Positions 1-10,115 of a stretch of 64,000 nucleotides of DNA are shown one piece after another. This DNA comes from an uncultured Fibrobacterota bacterium (lineage in GTDB: Bacteria > Fibrobacterota > Chitinivibrionia > Chitinivibrionales > FEN-1185). How positions within the stretch are numbered: position 1 is the stretch's first letter; each line of letters begins with the position of its first letter. The translations under genes were made by a program, and so were the position numbers. The stretch covers positions 160,001 through 224,000 of the forward strand of contig CAVWBU010000021.1 in assembly GCA_963753345.1 (NCBI GenBank). Direction: 5' to 3'. The notes under the pieces are model-generated. The model searched no databases. It saw nothing but the letters and a program-made list of their open reading frames with translations, and had not been told where the DNA came from.

Positions 1-432
1 GCGGGTAGCCTCGCGCCGTCGGCGTGCAACAACCAGCCGTGGGCGTTTGTTGTCGTCCGTAAAGAGGAGACGAAGAAGCTGCTGCTGCCCGCCTACGAAA
101 GGAACTGGCTTGCGCAGGCGCCCGTTATTCTCGCGCTGTGCTGCGATCGCTCGCAGTCCTGGCGGCGCAGCGACGGAAAGAACTTCGGCGACATGGATGT
201 CGCCATCGCCATGGACCACATCACCCTTGCGGCGGCGGAAGCGGGCCTCGGCACGTGCTGGATAGGGAATTTCAAGACCGACGAGGCGCGGCGCGCGCTC
301 AGACTGCCGCAGAACGTGGAGCCGGTGGTGCTCACGCCGCTCGGGTATCCGGCGTCACAACCGCCTGTCAAGAAGCGGAAGAAGCTCGAGGAAATCGTCC
401 ACTGGGAATATTTCGGCGGGAAACAGCGCTGA
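1..432 (+). CDS. Nitroreductase family protein, 5' end outside window
   Basis: Frame 1 is open from base 1: APSACNNQPWAFVVV...DVAIAMDHITLAAAEAGLGTCWIGNF, typical nitroreductase motifs. Confidence 0.9.
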   Translation, partial: AGSLAPSACNNQPWAFVVVRKEETKKLLLPAYERNWLAQAPVILALCCDRSQSWRRSDGKNFGDMDVAIAMDHITLAAAEAGLGTCWIGNFKTDEARRALRLPQNVEPVVLTPLGYPASQPPVKKRKKLEEIVHWEYFGGKQR

Positions 433-434
433 CC

Positions 435-953
435 TCACCGCGGCGTTGCGCCGGCAACGGTGTCCGGAAGGTACCGGGTATGCACGCGGTTATGGATTTC
501 GGCGAGATGGCCGATCCTGTCGCGCGTTCCGAGCGTGAGAACAAAGGTCGCTTCCTGCTGTCCGGCGGACGTATCCTCCGCCTCAACGGTGAACCCGGCC
601 ACCCTGATGCTGTCGAAAGCAGGGCCCGGCGGCCCGTTGTTTTTTTTAAGCGAGTCGTTGCGGAAACAGTAGGTGACGGTGTCGCCGGCGGCCCCAACGA
701 AGGTCACGGAGTGGGTGTCGAACCGGACGACCTGCGATCCCTGCCTGATCTCATCGGCAATCGCGGACGCGGCAGTGTTGGTTTGCGTCTGGAAAGCGGC
801 CCTGTTTCGCTGGACAAGGGTCTGCCGGGTCATGGCTGCGAGCGAAAGCATGACGATCGCCACCACCACGACCCCGACGATGAACGCCGCGGCAAGCTCG
901 ACCATGGTGAAGCCGGCGTTGTTTCGCAGTGGCACGCCGTGTCGCGGCGCCAT
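435..953 (-). CDS. Prepilin-type N-terminal cleavage/methylation domain protein (minor pilin/pseudopilin)
   Basis: NNAG|FTMVEL class III signal followed by a hydrophobic helix; ATG at 953 chosen as start. Confidence 0.8.
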   Translation of the reverse strand: MAPRHGVPLRNNAGFTMVELAAAFIVGVVVVAIVMLSLAAMTRQTLVQRNRAAFQTQTNTAASAIADEIRQGSQVVRFDTHSVTFVGAAGDTVTYCFRNDSLKKNNGPPGPAFDSIRVAGFTVEAEDTSAGQQEATFVLTLGTRDRIGHLAEIHNRVHTRYLPDTVAGATPR

Positions 954-1035
954 TGTATTCCCGCGTCCTGCGAAAGTATTTTTGCACATGAGCGAAAAAT
1001 AATCGATGTTCCCCGGTGAAAGGAAGCGGGCGGTC

Positions 1036-1506
1036 GTGGACAAGCTGGCATTGATGAACGCGGCGTTTCAGGAGGCCGTGAAGGCGCTTGACGAAGGCGA
1101 GGTGCCGGTCGGCGCCGTGGTGGCGAAGGACGGCAGGATCGTCGGCCGCGGCTACAACCGGGTGGAAAAGCTGTTTGATGCAACGGCGCACGCCGAGGTG
1201 GTGGCGATCGGGGCGGCGTCGGCCCAGCTCGCAACATGGCGCTTGTCCGGCTGCACGCTCTACGTTACGCTCGAACCCTGCATCATGTGCCTCGGCGCCC
1301 TGATGCAGGCGCGCATCGACGCCATTGTCTTCGGCGCGGCGGATCCGCGGCTGGGCGCCGTCGACACGCATCTCTACCGGAACGAACTCGAGCGCGCCTA
1401 CCGCTATTTCCCGGCCATAACGCGCGGGGTGATGCGGGAGGAATGCGGCCGGCTGCTCACGGGATTTTTTGCGAACGTCCGCGCAAACGGTACAAAGGAA
1501 CCATAA
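1036..1506 (+). CDS. tadA: tRNA-specific adenosine deaminase
   Basis: EVPVGAV, TAHAE and TLEPCIMC zinc-deaminase motifs; start uncertain (1006/1036/1054). Confidence 0.9.
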   Translation: MDKLALMNAAFQEAVKALDEGEVPVGAVVAKDGRIVGRGYNRVEKLFDATAHAEVVAIGAASAQLATWRLSGCTLYVTLEPCIMCLGALMQARIDAIVFGAADPRLGAVDTHLYRNELERAYRYFPAITRGVMREECGRLLTGFFANVRANGTKEP

Positions 1507-2791
1507 TGGACCTCTGGACCTCCTCCGAAGCCCGGCGCTGCGTGGTGAATTTCGACAGCCTGAGCGAGTTGCAGAAGTCAAGCCTCCTTGACATCCTCAA
1601 CCGCCGCTTTCCGCCGCAAATCTATCGCGAGCACCGCTGCCGCCAGGAGGCCGCGCTGCGCAATGCCGAGTTGTGCAGGAAGATGCTTGACGGAGCGGAG
1701 CAGACATTTCCGCCCCTCATCATGCAGTCCGAGGTACGCACAACGCCCGCCGACCTCGCGGGATACGCGGTGGTGCTCACGGCGGGCGGCGACGGGGAAC
1801 GGCTGCGCGCGAGTCTTCAGGCTCGCCTTCGCTCGTCGGGCGTGAGCGACGAATCGCTCAGAGACTTTACAAAACCAACCTACCCGCTGCCGGGCTTTCC
1901 AAACGGATACGGAACGCTTCATGCAAACTGCGCGGTTGTTGCACGTCTGTGCCGCGAAAGCGGCCTGAACGTTCCCGTGATCGTCACCACCGGCCCGTTA
2001 TCGTCGGCAACGGCGCGGGCGGTTCCCGGTGCGCTGAAGAAGTTCGAAAACTTCGGACTTGCGAATGTGCGCACGCTCGCCCAGGACGAGCGGTTGCACC
2101 TAACGCTCGAAGGGAAGATGGTGGCGCGTCTGCCGACGGCGACAGCGCCCGGCCCGCGGTGAACCCCGACGAGACAGGCGGCCCTTTTGTCAAGCTCCTG
2201 CGGCAGGGGGAACACGGCGAGCCTTCCGCAGCAGAATGGCTTTTGTCGCTCGGGTGCGAAAAGATACTCGCGCTGCAGGCCACGGGCCTGTACGATCCGT
2301 CCGTCATACTCGCGATGGCCGCCGCCGGCAGGAGCCGCGACTGCCTCGGCGTGGGCGTATTGCGCACGGGGTTTGAGCCGGACGACCCGTTCGGCTCGTT
2401 CGTTATTGTCAAGAAGAACGGCCGGCCGGAGGTCCTCACCATCGTGGAACAGGGCGTGCGCAGCGATGCCACGCGCCGGCTTGCTGACGCCTCCGGACAG
2501 TATCGCTTGCCGTACAACACCGGGCTGTATGTTTTCGACATCGGGCTGCTGGCGGCCAATCCTATGCCCGATTATGCAACGCCGCCGAAGGAAATCGTTC
2601 CGTCGGTTCCCCGGAGCCCGAAGATCGGCTATGCGATTACCGACATTGTCTCCTTCGCGAAGAACCCGGCCGTGCTGGCGATAGACCAGGGTTCGTACGC
2701 AAACCTTAAGACTGTTGACGATTTGTCGCGCCTTGCCGAGCTGGCGCAGCGGTGCGGCATCCTTGATTTATGCAAGAAGAAGGCGGGCTGA
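1506..2791 (+). CDS. UDPGP-family sugar-phosphate nucleotidyltransferase-like protein, split by one indel near 2130
   Basis: VVLTAGGDGERL signature in ORF 1236..2162 continues in frame 1949..2791 (NPDETGGP...YNTGLYVF); ATG overlaps the tadA stop. Confidence 0.6.
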
Positions 2792-2792
2792 C

Positions 2793-3623
2793 GTGGAGCA
2801 ACGGTTTACCTTGTCTGATCGGCTGACCGCAGGAGAATGCCTCCTCATTGTCGGCTTGACGGGCGCGCTTGTCACCTGCGCGCTGTGCGCGGTCGCGAGC
2901 CTCCGGAATGGAAGCGCCGCCGAATTTTCCGCGTACGCGCGGCTCAGCGTGTACCTCGCCGTCACCGCGCTCATGTGCGTGTTGCTGCGGATAACGTTGA
3001 CAAAAGAGATGCGGCAGACGCAGTATATGGTTTCCGACGATTCAATTGCGCATATTCGCCCCCAGCGCATCGTGACCATTCCGCTCGAAGATGTCGAGCG
3101 TCTCAGGTACATCCGCACGCCGTTGTTCTTCAACTTCGGGCTCCTTTCATCCTCAGGCGGCGCGATCCGTATCTCGTTCCGGACCCACGACCACGCCGGC
3201 CTCATCGCTTTGCTCAAGAGCCGCTTTGACGCCGGAGGCAGGTCCGGCGTTTACAAAGAAAAGGAAATCGAACGGTATCTTCGGGACGCCCGGTCCGCCG
3301 AACAGGCCGACGCGCGAGTCCGGAGATTTCTTCCGGGCCTTTGCGGCGCAGTCGCGCTTGCCTGCGCGGCAAACACCGTGACCGCACTATACCTGTGGTG
3401 GTTTCCCGTGTTTCTGTCGCTTCTGTGGTCGGTGTTCGGGCTTCTCATGTTTGTCAACGCGGTGCGCTATGCCGAATATATTCTGGGACGCACAAGCGGC
3501 CGCACGGCCGTTTCGCCCGACGCCCCCCGCAGCGCCGCCGCCGCATATGTCATGTCGGGCTCGGCCGTTTTCACCCTGTATCTGATCTGCGGGATCGCCC
3601 TCAAAGCCGCTTTTTTCCGGTAG
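2793..3623 (+). CDS. Hypothetical multi-pass membrane protein
   Basis: About five hydrophobic segments; GTG start immediately after the upstream stop; operon position. Confidence 0.65.
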   Translation: MEQRFTLSDRLTAGECLLIVGLTGALVTCALCAVASLRNGSAAEFSAYARLSVYLAVTALMCVLLRITLTKEMRQTQYMVSDDSIAHIRPQRIVTIPLEDVERLRYIRTPLFFNFGLLSSSGGAIRISFRTHDHAGLIALLKSRFDAGGRSGVYKEKEIERYLRDARSAEQADARVRRFLPGLCGAVALACAANTVTALYLWWFPVFLSLLWSVFGLLMFVNAVRYAEYILGRTSGRTAVSPDAPRSAAAAYVMSGSAVFTLYLICGIALKAAFFR

Positions 3624-3636
3624 CAATGACTGCCCT

Positions 3637-4653
3637 ATGAGCCTTCGCCCGCTTCACCTCAGGAACCTCGTGATTGCGCCGCCGCTGCTGTGCGGCCCCA
3701 TGGCGGGCGTATCGCACAGTGCGTTCCGCAGGCTCGTGGCCGATTTCGGCGGCCATGGCGCGCTGTTCACCGAAATGCTGCCCGGCAAAGCCTTGCTCAA
3801 TGAGAACGTCGGCGCGACACCCTTTACAAAGAGGCGGCCCGAGGAGGGGATTGTTTGGTACCAGCTCGCGCTGAACGGGAGCGAGGACATCCCCGCGGTT
3901 ATCGACAGGCTGGGCGCGGTGCGGCCGGCGGCAATCGACCTCAACTGCGGATGTCCGGCGCCGGAAATGGAGCGCCAGGGCATCGGCGCCTCGCTGTTCG
4001 AAGACGAGGCGCGTTTTGCGGCCGTGCTCGGCGCGCTGCGGAAGGCATGGCCCGGTGTGCTGTCTGTCAAGTGCCGGCTGTGGAAGACCGGAAACGGATG
4101 GCAGCCGGAATTTCTGAAAAGACTTCGCATCATGGAACATGCGGGCGTCGACCTGCTCATCGTGCATCCGAGGTTCTTCGGCGAGAAACTCAAGCGCAGG
4201 GCGCGGTGGAATCTGTTCGAATGGATTTCGTCGCAGACTGCGCTGCCGATTGTCGCCAACGGCGACATCGGATTCGCGTCCGACATCGAGCAGCATGCGC
4301 AGGCGTTCACACCTGTCGCCGGACTCATGATCGCAAGGCAAGCGGTGGTGCGGCCGTGGATATTCCGCGAATTCTCCGCGCGATTCTTCGGCGGACCGGC
4401 AGTCGGCCCCGTCGACTATGCCGGGGTGTGGAAGAAGTACTACGATTTTGTCAAGGAAGATTTTGCTCCGGAACGGGCCATCGGCAGGCTCAAGGAGTTT
4501 ACAAAATACTATGCATGCAACTTCTTCTTCGGGCATCTTCTGAGGAGCGCGGTCCAAAATGCGCAATCACTGGATGAGGTGCATGAGGCGGCCGTGAAGT
4601 TCTTGTCTGCAAATCCAAAGACCGTGGAGCGGCCGGCGGTTGCGGGAGTCTAG
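3637..4653 (+). CDS. dus: tRNA-dihydrouridine synthase family protein
   Basis: GPMAGVS, IDLNCGCP, VHPR and ANGDI motifs. Confidence 0.9.
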   Translation: MSLRPLHLRNLVIAPPLLCGPMAGVSHSAFRRLVADFGGHGALFTEMLPGKALLNENVGATPFTKRRPEEGIVWYQLALNGSEDIPAVIDRLGAVRPAAIDLNCGCPAPEMERQGIGASLFEDEARFAAVLGALRKAWPGVLSVKCRLWKTGNGWQPEFLKRLRIMEHAGVDLLIVHPRFFGEKLKRRARWNLFEWISSQTALPIVANGDIGFASDIEQHAQAFTPVAGLMIARQAVVRPWIFREFSARFFGGPAVGPVDYAGVWKKYYDFVKEDFAPERAIGRLKEFTKYYACNFFFGHLLRSAVQNAQSLDEVHEAAVKFLSANPKTVERPAVAGV

Positions 4654-4656
4654 AGG

Positions 4657-4750
4657 AATTGTAGATTGCAGAATGTAGAATGTAGAATAAACAAACCATC
4701 AAACGTCCTTTCTGTTCTCTTTCAATCCCCAATCCGCATTCCGAAATGTC
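4657..4750. repeat. Inverted clusters of degenerate heptamers (GATTGCA/GAATGTA type)
   Basis: gaattgtagattgcagaatgtagaatgtagaat ... ttcaatccccaatccgcattccgaaat; similar runs near 9203, 15046, 36023 and 36885. Confidence 0.65.
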
Positions 4751-4752
4751 AT

Positions 4753-6609
4753 TTATTCGCCCGCCAGATGGACAAACGGCAGAACGGTTTGCGTTGTCTG
4801 GTTTCGCAATTGCAGGATATAACGTCCCGAGCAAATGTTCCTGTCTGCCAGATTGATGGTGACTGAGCGAAGGTTTGGCCCGGATTCGCCGCTGTAAACG
4901 ATCCTTCCGCGTATGTCGAAAATACGGATCTCATTGATGCCCTGCTGCAGATTGGCAAGGACAATCGAACCGCGGATCTTGCTGAGCATCGGCTTTCCCG
5001 GTATCTCTTTTCCGGCCAATTTCCGCGAAACGGCGTTTCCCGGCCCGGCGCCGACCGTTATCGCCGCCCTGCCGTCAACGGAATCGTTCCAGACATAGAC
5101 AATGGCTTTTTGCGCGGCCAGAGGCGCTTGCGGAAGAGGAACATCCACACTGTGCTGAAAAACGCCGGACTGCATTGCAATGGTGCTGTCAAAAGAAAAT
5201 CCCATGTTATATTGCCCGGAAAACGCCGGTACGGAATCGCGAACCGTAAAGCTCACCGAGTAGCTGATGTGCGAGGTACTGTCGCCGGGGACGGTGATTC
5301 TTACCGCAGTGGGTGCGGAGTCGGGAACTGCCGCAGCACTTACGTTGATAGTGCCATAGGTTGCCCGCAAAGCAGGATCGCCGAGAAAGAAATATGTTTG
5401 GTTGTTGTAGCTTGGTGCAATCGATTTCGCCTTTGCGAGGAGCGCTCCAAGACTTGCGCCGGGGTTTTGTTTGAGTTGCGAAAAGAATGCCCTTCCTAAC
5501 CATTCATTATCGGAGGCGTATGTTTCACTCGCACTTCCGATATACGCAATGGCGCCCCCTTGGGGCATGAAAAGAAATTTCTGGCTCATGGGCACGGGAA
5601 CGGCACTAAAAATTGAGCCATTTCTTGATGTAAAGGCAACAAGAACGAATGGCATTGAATCGTTGGTGAAGAGATTGGTATTGTCGCTGTTCAGGACGTT
5701 TCCACAGCCTAATTGTTGGTCACTCCCATAGACGGAAAAGAATGCCAATGCGACACCTTGATTGATTGTCGCTATGATTGCAGCAGTTGCCAATGGTTGC
5801 TCGTAAAACTCATCAAACGGATATGCGGAGAGATACCGTTTCCTCACCAAATATCCTTGGAGCGAGCTGTCCACTACTATTTCGTCTGCTTCCTGGAAAA
5901 CCGATCCAAGCGGACTTGGGTTGGCCCCTAGCATTGCATTGTCGGCAATGGCCATCATGCTATTGCGCCAAGCGCCTTTCGGCCGGGAAAGGTCGAACCT
6001 CTTGACTTTTTCAACATACAGGCTGCAAAGCTCCGGAGTTTGCGTCGGTATTCGGCCGATGCAGAACCCGGTATCGTTGATTCCGGACCAATTATCGGCG
6101 GCGGTCGGAGTTGCGTAAGACAACCTTGTGTAACAGTCATCGGATACGGCTACGGGACAGTCTTGGCCCTGGTAGTTCATGTCTGGCGCCAAGTTTCCCA
6201 GCGCGTACCATGTAGGCATCAAGCCGTCGCTATACATGATCGAATCGGTACCAATTTCAAAAGCATCTGTACCGATAAGAACAAGATATTTGAACGACAT
6301 CCGCCAATTTTGCTTTGCCCATTTGAGCGCATTCCACAGCGCAACGTTACGGTGATTGTAATCCGTTCCAGGAAAAGCCGTTATAATATCTTCTAGAAAC
6401 GCTACCTTTGCCTGTTCAACATCGTCGTTCTTGAATGCATTTCTGTGCTGAGCCAGCATGACCGCCGGCGTTTGGAATGCAACAGGAGCGACAATCAGAT
6501 AGTCGCAGGAAATGGTCGGGTCTTTGAACGTGGTAATGACTTCATTGTCGGCAAAGGCGATTGCTGCAAGGCTTGCAATTATCGCAATAATGAGGATGGC
6601 GGGTTTCAT
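4753..6609 (-). CDS. Secreted peptidase C25 (gingipain)-like protein with T9SS-like C-terminal domain; catalytic residues appear lost
   Basis: Signal peptide; DYLIVAP, YLVLIG, SDDCY, IGRIP, GGAIAYIG and FLGDPAL C25 motifs; tail IFDIRGRIV...SGRYILQL. Confidence 0.85.
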   Translation of the reverse strand: MKPAILIIAIIASLAAIAFADNEVITTFKDPTISCDYLIVAPVAFQTPAVMLAQHRNAFKNDDVEQAKVAFLEDIITAFPGTDYNHRNVALWNALKWAKQNWRMSFKYLVLIGTDAFEIGTDSIMYSDGLMPTWYALGNLAPDMNYQGQDCPVAVSDDCYTRLSYATPTAADNWSGINDTGFCIGRIPTQTPELCSLYVEKVKRFDLSRPKGAWRNSMMAIADNAMLGANPSPLGSVFQEADEIVVDSSLQGYLVRKRYLSAYPFDEFYEQPLATAAIIATINQGVALAFFSVYGSDQQLGCGNVLNSDNTNLFTNDSMPFVLVAFTSRNGSIFSAVPVPMSQKFLFMPQGGAIAYIGSASETYASDNEWLGRAFFSQLKQNPGASLGALLAKAKSIAPSYNNQTYFFLGDPALRATYGTINVSAAAVPDSAPTAVRITVPGDSTSHISYSVSFTVRDSVPAFSGQYNMGFSFDSTIAMQSGVFQHSVDVPLPQAPLAAQKAIVYVWNDSVDGRAAITVGAGPGNAVSRKLAGKEIPGKPMLSKIRGSIVLANLQQGINEIRIFDIRGRIVYSGESGPNLRSVTINLADRNICSGRYILQLRNQTTQTVLPFVHLAGE

Positions 6610-6666
6610 GGCGGTTTCCTTTCAGTAAAGTATTGATGGTGAACTCATCAAGCACAAAACGGTTAA

Positions 6667-8151
6667 TCATTGAATAACGTCGATCTCTGTATTTCGCATT
6701 CTGAAAACGCCTTCGTTGGTGCCGATCCACAGCGTGTTCTCGCCGTCGACCGCCAGAGCCGAGATCCAGGGATTAACCATGCCCTGTTCCGGTTTTGACC
6801 ATTGCGAGTTACAGTACAGATAAAGCCCGTTGGCGGTGCCTACATACAATGAATCTCCTTGGGTAACGGCCAGGCTTGTTACTGCGGCGCTCATCGAGCT
6901 GTCGGCGGGCATTATCCGCGTGGCGTTCGTGTCATCCCATGCAAACAGGCCCTGATTGGTTCCAATCCACACCCTGCCGCCTTCGCCTTTTGCGAGCGCG
7001 GAAACGGCATTCTGCCTGAGGCTGGACGATTCATGCCACTTAGCGGCGCTGTCTCTGAAGTACAGGCCGTGCTGTGTTCCGGCCATTACCATCCCCTTAA
7101 GGCAGATGATGGCGGAAATCGAGGTGAGCTGATTCTGCGGGTCGGCCGTGCCTATCGATGTGATGGCATCGGTTGATGAAACAGGGGTGACCGCTACGCC
7201 GTCAAAAAAGAATAGCCCTTGCGGCGTTCCGATCCACAGATTTCCCGCGGAGTCTGCCGCGAGCGCGGTGATGTTCATCATGGAAGGATTGCTCTGGAGA
7301 ATCATGCCTTCCGTGAGGCTGTCGTTCCTGACTCTTGCAAGCCGCAGCGACGTGCCGATCCACGCGGCGCCCTTCGAATCGATTGCCATGCAATTTATCC
7401 GGCTGCTTGACAAACCGTCAAAGAGGCCGTAGGTGCGCCAGTTCCCGTTGCGCAGGCTGGCGAGTCCGTTTACCGTGCCGATCCACACGCCAAACGAATC
7501 GCACGCAAGGGACGTTACGGAGGTGCTGACAAGAAGGAACGGGTTGCGAAGCGTGTCGGCCCGTCCTTCCATCACGTTCACGGCAAGCGCAATATCGAAG
7601 TAACCGCTCGATTGGGTCACCACCTTCGCAAGGTAGGTTCCGGGCGCGAGATTCGGCAGGCTAAAGGCGCCGTTGACCGAGTTGACCTGGGCGTAAACGC
7701 GGCTTCCCTGAAGGACGACAAAAGCATATTCCAGGCTTTTTCCCGAGGAATAGAGCGCAGTGCCCGTCACCGAGCCGGTTTTTTTGAGCGAAATTGTTGA
7801 AATCGTGTCGCCTGGCTTGCCGGTTATGGAAACGGAATCGACATAGGCCTTGTTCGCCCCGCTGTCGCAGAACAGGTTGTACCGCCCCCCGGTTACGTTG
7901 ACAAAACAGTATTTCCCCATACTGTCGGTCTGCTCACTGCAGATCATGAACGGCCCCTGCGGCGGTTCAAGCTCGTTGTAATCGACGGGCACCAGCGTGA
8001 CGCGCGCGCCCCGGACCGGTTTTCCGCTCAGGCCCAGAACCGCTCCCGAAGTCCCGTTGCCGGTCTCCGTGCCCGACAGCATGGGCGCGGTGCCGCAGGA
8101 GAGCAACAATGCGGCACATAGAAGCAACCATGATGATTTGAACATCGTCAT
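6667..8151 (-). CDS. Lipoprotein with carboxypeptidase-regulatory-like domains and two-component-regulator beta-propeller repeats
   Basis: Lipobox LLSC, GTETGN motif, repeated WIGTxxGL blades; ATGA overlap with the upstream gene. Confidence 0.85.
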   Translation of the reverse strand: MTMFKSSWLLLCAALLLSCGTAPMLSGTETGNGTSGAVLGLSGKPVRGARVTLVPVDYNELEPPQGPFMICSEQTDSMGKYCFVNVTGGRYNLFCDSGANKAYVDSVSITGKPGDTISTISLKKTGSVTGTALYSSGKSLEYAFVVLQGSRVYAQVNSVNGAFSLPNLAPGTYLAKVVTQSSGYFDIALAVNVMEGRADTLRNPFLLVSTSVTSLACDSFGVWIGTVNGLASLRNGNWRTYGLFDGLSSSRINCMAIDSKGAAWIGTSLRLARVRNDSLTEGMILQSNPSMMNITALAADSAGNLWIGTPQGLFFFDGVAVTPVSSTDAITSIGTADPQNQLTSISAIICLKGMVMAGTQHGLYFRDSAAKWHESSSLRQNAVSALAKGEGGRVWIGTNQGLFAWDDTNATRIMPADSSMSAAVTSLAVTQGDSLYVGTANGLYLYCNSQWSKPEQGMVNPWISALAVDGENTLWIGTNEGVFRMRNTEIDVIQ

Positions 8152-8978
8152 GAGCGAGGCCCCTGCGTCGACTTGCTCAATGGGAATATCTGAAAATTCA
8201 CCTGATACACCTTGTCGCAGCCGGCGTCCATGTTCTCCACCTCCAGAATCTCCTTTCTGAGCGCGCGGATCTTTTCCTTGATGAGCGCAAGCCCTTGCGG
8301 CGAGAGATTCACCGTGAGGGTGGATATGTCGCGCACCCCGGCCGGGAACCTTTCAATCGCCTCGCCTGCGAGCGCGATTGTTGACTTCTGGTAGTTCGCT
8401 ATGGCTATGGACCGCCAGTCTTCCCCGGTCGTAACGAACTTGTCCGTCGGTCTATAGCAGCCTTTTTGGTCCTTCCGTATCAGGCCGAGCCGGAAAAGCA
8501 GGGCAATGGCGGTTCTTGCTTCTTTTGGCGACAGGGGCGGTTCGCACATCCCCGCCAGTTGTTCGTAGTTGCCGCAGAACCGGTAATGGCTGAGCAGTTC
8601 CCGTATGGCAATGTATTTCCATGATTCGAACAGCGCATAGCGGTCGGCGAGCAGGGTAAGAACTTCGGACTTGTTGAACGAAACCGCTTTTTCGAAATAC
8701 AGTTTCTTTTCCTGCTCGCTGCGGGCCTGGTCGAGATTCACCAGCAGGCCGAAGTATGCGGTTTCCCGCTTGCCAAGCTTGAACACCGCCGCAACCGGCG
8801 CGACCATCTTCTGGGTGAGATTCCGTTTCCCCTGGAGAATGCGGACAAAGGTGCTGGCGTTGATCCCCAGCCGCCGGGCGACAAACCGGTAGGAGAAAGC
8901 GGGACTCGCCGCTTTCCGTGCTTTGTAAGCGTCCTTTAGGAATTCCCGGAACGAAAGGTAAGTGAATATCGAGATCAT
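8148..8978 (-). CDS. TIGR02147 family protein (N-terminal HTH plus DUF4423-like domain)
   Basis: IFTYLSFREFLKD..FSYR..A, ILQGKRNL, W.YIAIREL, RDISTLT and VYQVNFQIFPLS. Confidence 0.9.
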   Translation of the reverse strand: MISIFTYLSFREFLKDAYKARKAASPAFSYRFVARRLGINASTFVRILQGKRNLTQKMVAPVAAVFKLGKRETAYFGLLVNLDQARSEQEKKLYFEKAVSFNKSEVLTLLADRYALFESWKYIAIRELLSHYRFCGNYEQLAGMCEPPLSPKEARTAIALLFRLGLIRKDQKGCYRPTDKFVTTGEDWRSIAIANYQKSTIALAGEAIERFPAGVRDISTLTVNLSPQGLALIKEKIRALRKEILEVENMDAGCDKVYQVNFQIFPLSKSTQGPRS

Positions 8979-9012
8979 GCAATTGCCTTGTGGTGGTTTG
9001 TGATCCTCACCA

Positions 9013-9077
9013 AATATACCCTCGCGTCAACTGCTTGACAATCCCGGGTGAAAGAAAACGTTGCCGGTTTTGGCAAC
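9013..9077 (-). promoter_or_regulatory. Putative sigma70 promoter (TTGTCA-N17-TATATT) and upstream palindrome GTTGCC-N6-GGCAAC
   Basis: -10 at 9013-9018 and -35 at 9036-9041 on the minus strand; perfect 6-bp inverted repeat at 9060-9077. Confidence 0.5.
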
Positions 9078-9304
9078 AGATAAATAGAAGAACCCTCTTT
9101 ATTTCAGAGTATGAATACGTTATTGTGGGATGTTCTAGTATCGGATTTTAGAAAATTGATGGTTGGGTTTTGGCAACGTCGCGGAGCCCGGAAATATGAG
9201 AGGAATTGTATATTCTAGACTGTAGATTGCGGATTGAAAACCGTCCACGTTCTTCGCATTTGTCTTACAATCTCAAAACCATTGTGGCAATGTTCTTCTG
9301 CCCA

Positions 9305-9440
9305 GCGCCAGGCAGGACTGGAGGCCGCGCTGAAGCGCGGTGCCGCCTGACCACGGCCCGAAGGGCCCTCGTGGTAGGCGGCCCGAGGCCGAAGGCCGAG
9401 ACCGGAAGGACGGCCGCCGCCGTCTTCGGCGGGGCGCCCA
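9305..9440 (-). repeat. Structured repeat family C, copy 1 (136 nt)
   Basis: Colinear with 24702-24837; several GC hairpins; terminal GCGCC/GGCGC pairing. Confidence 0.7.
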
Positions 9441-9520
9441 GATTTTTCTTCATTTTTTCTCTTCATATCACTTTGTCCAACATCCTCCTCCCTTGTCTTG
9501 ACGAAAACTATTTTCTCCAC

Positions 9521-10027
9521 ATGAAGCTCCCCGCCAATGGCCGCGCTTTTCAAACTGCAGCTCAAGTCCGCGACGCTATCGCCCCGCTTCGCGCGCAGGG
9601 CAAGACCCTTGTCACCACGAACGGCTGTTTCGACATCATCCACGCGGGCCATGTGCAGTACCTGGCCGAGGCCGCGGCGCTCGGCGACATCCTTGTGGTG
9701 GGCGTCAATTGCGACAATGCGGTGGCGCGGCTCAAGGGCAAAGGCAGGCCGCTTCAGGGCGAACAGGACCGGCTGTCAATCGTCGCGTCGCTCGTCATGG
9801 TCGACTGCGCCTTTATTTTCCGGGAAGACGATCCGCGGGAGTTCATTGAAATGCTGAGGCCGGACATCCATGTCAAGGGCGGCGACTATTCGGAGGAGAT
9901 AATCGAAAAGCCGGTTGTCGAAAAATTCGGCGGCCGCATACGCATCGTTTCGTTTCTTGCGGGCCGCTCGACCACGTCATTGGTTCAACGGATGCGCTCG
10001 GCGGACGGCGCGTTGCCGATGCATTGA
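9521..10027 (+). CDS. rfaE2: D-glycero-beta-D-manno-heptose 1-phosphate adenylyltransferase (RfaE domain II)
   Basis: TNGCFDIIHAGH, LKGKGRP, KGGDY and GRSTT motifs. Confidence 0.92.
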   Translation: MKLPANGRAFQTAAQVRDAIAPLRAQGKTLVTTNGCFDIIHAGHVQYLAEAAALGDILVVGVNCDNAVARLKGKGRPLQGEQDRLSIVASLVMVDCAFIFREDDPREFIEMLRPDIHVKGGDYSEEIIEKPVVEKFGGRIRIVSFLAGRSTTSLVQRMRSADGALPMH

Positions 10028-10115
10028 GGGCCGCCGTTTTGGTTGAATACCGCGCTGTATTATGGTATTCTTATAAGTAATTGCTTGCCACACCCCACAC
10101 GGGAGTCGCTTCACC

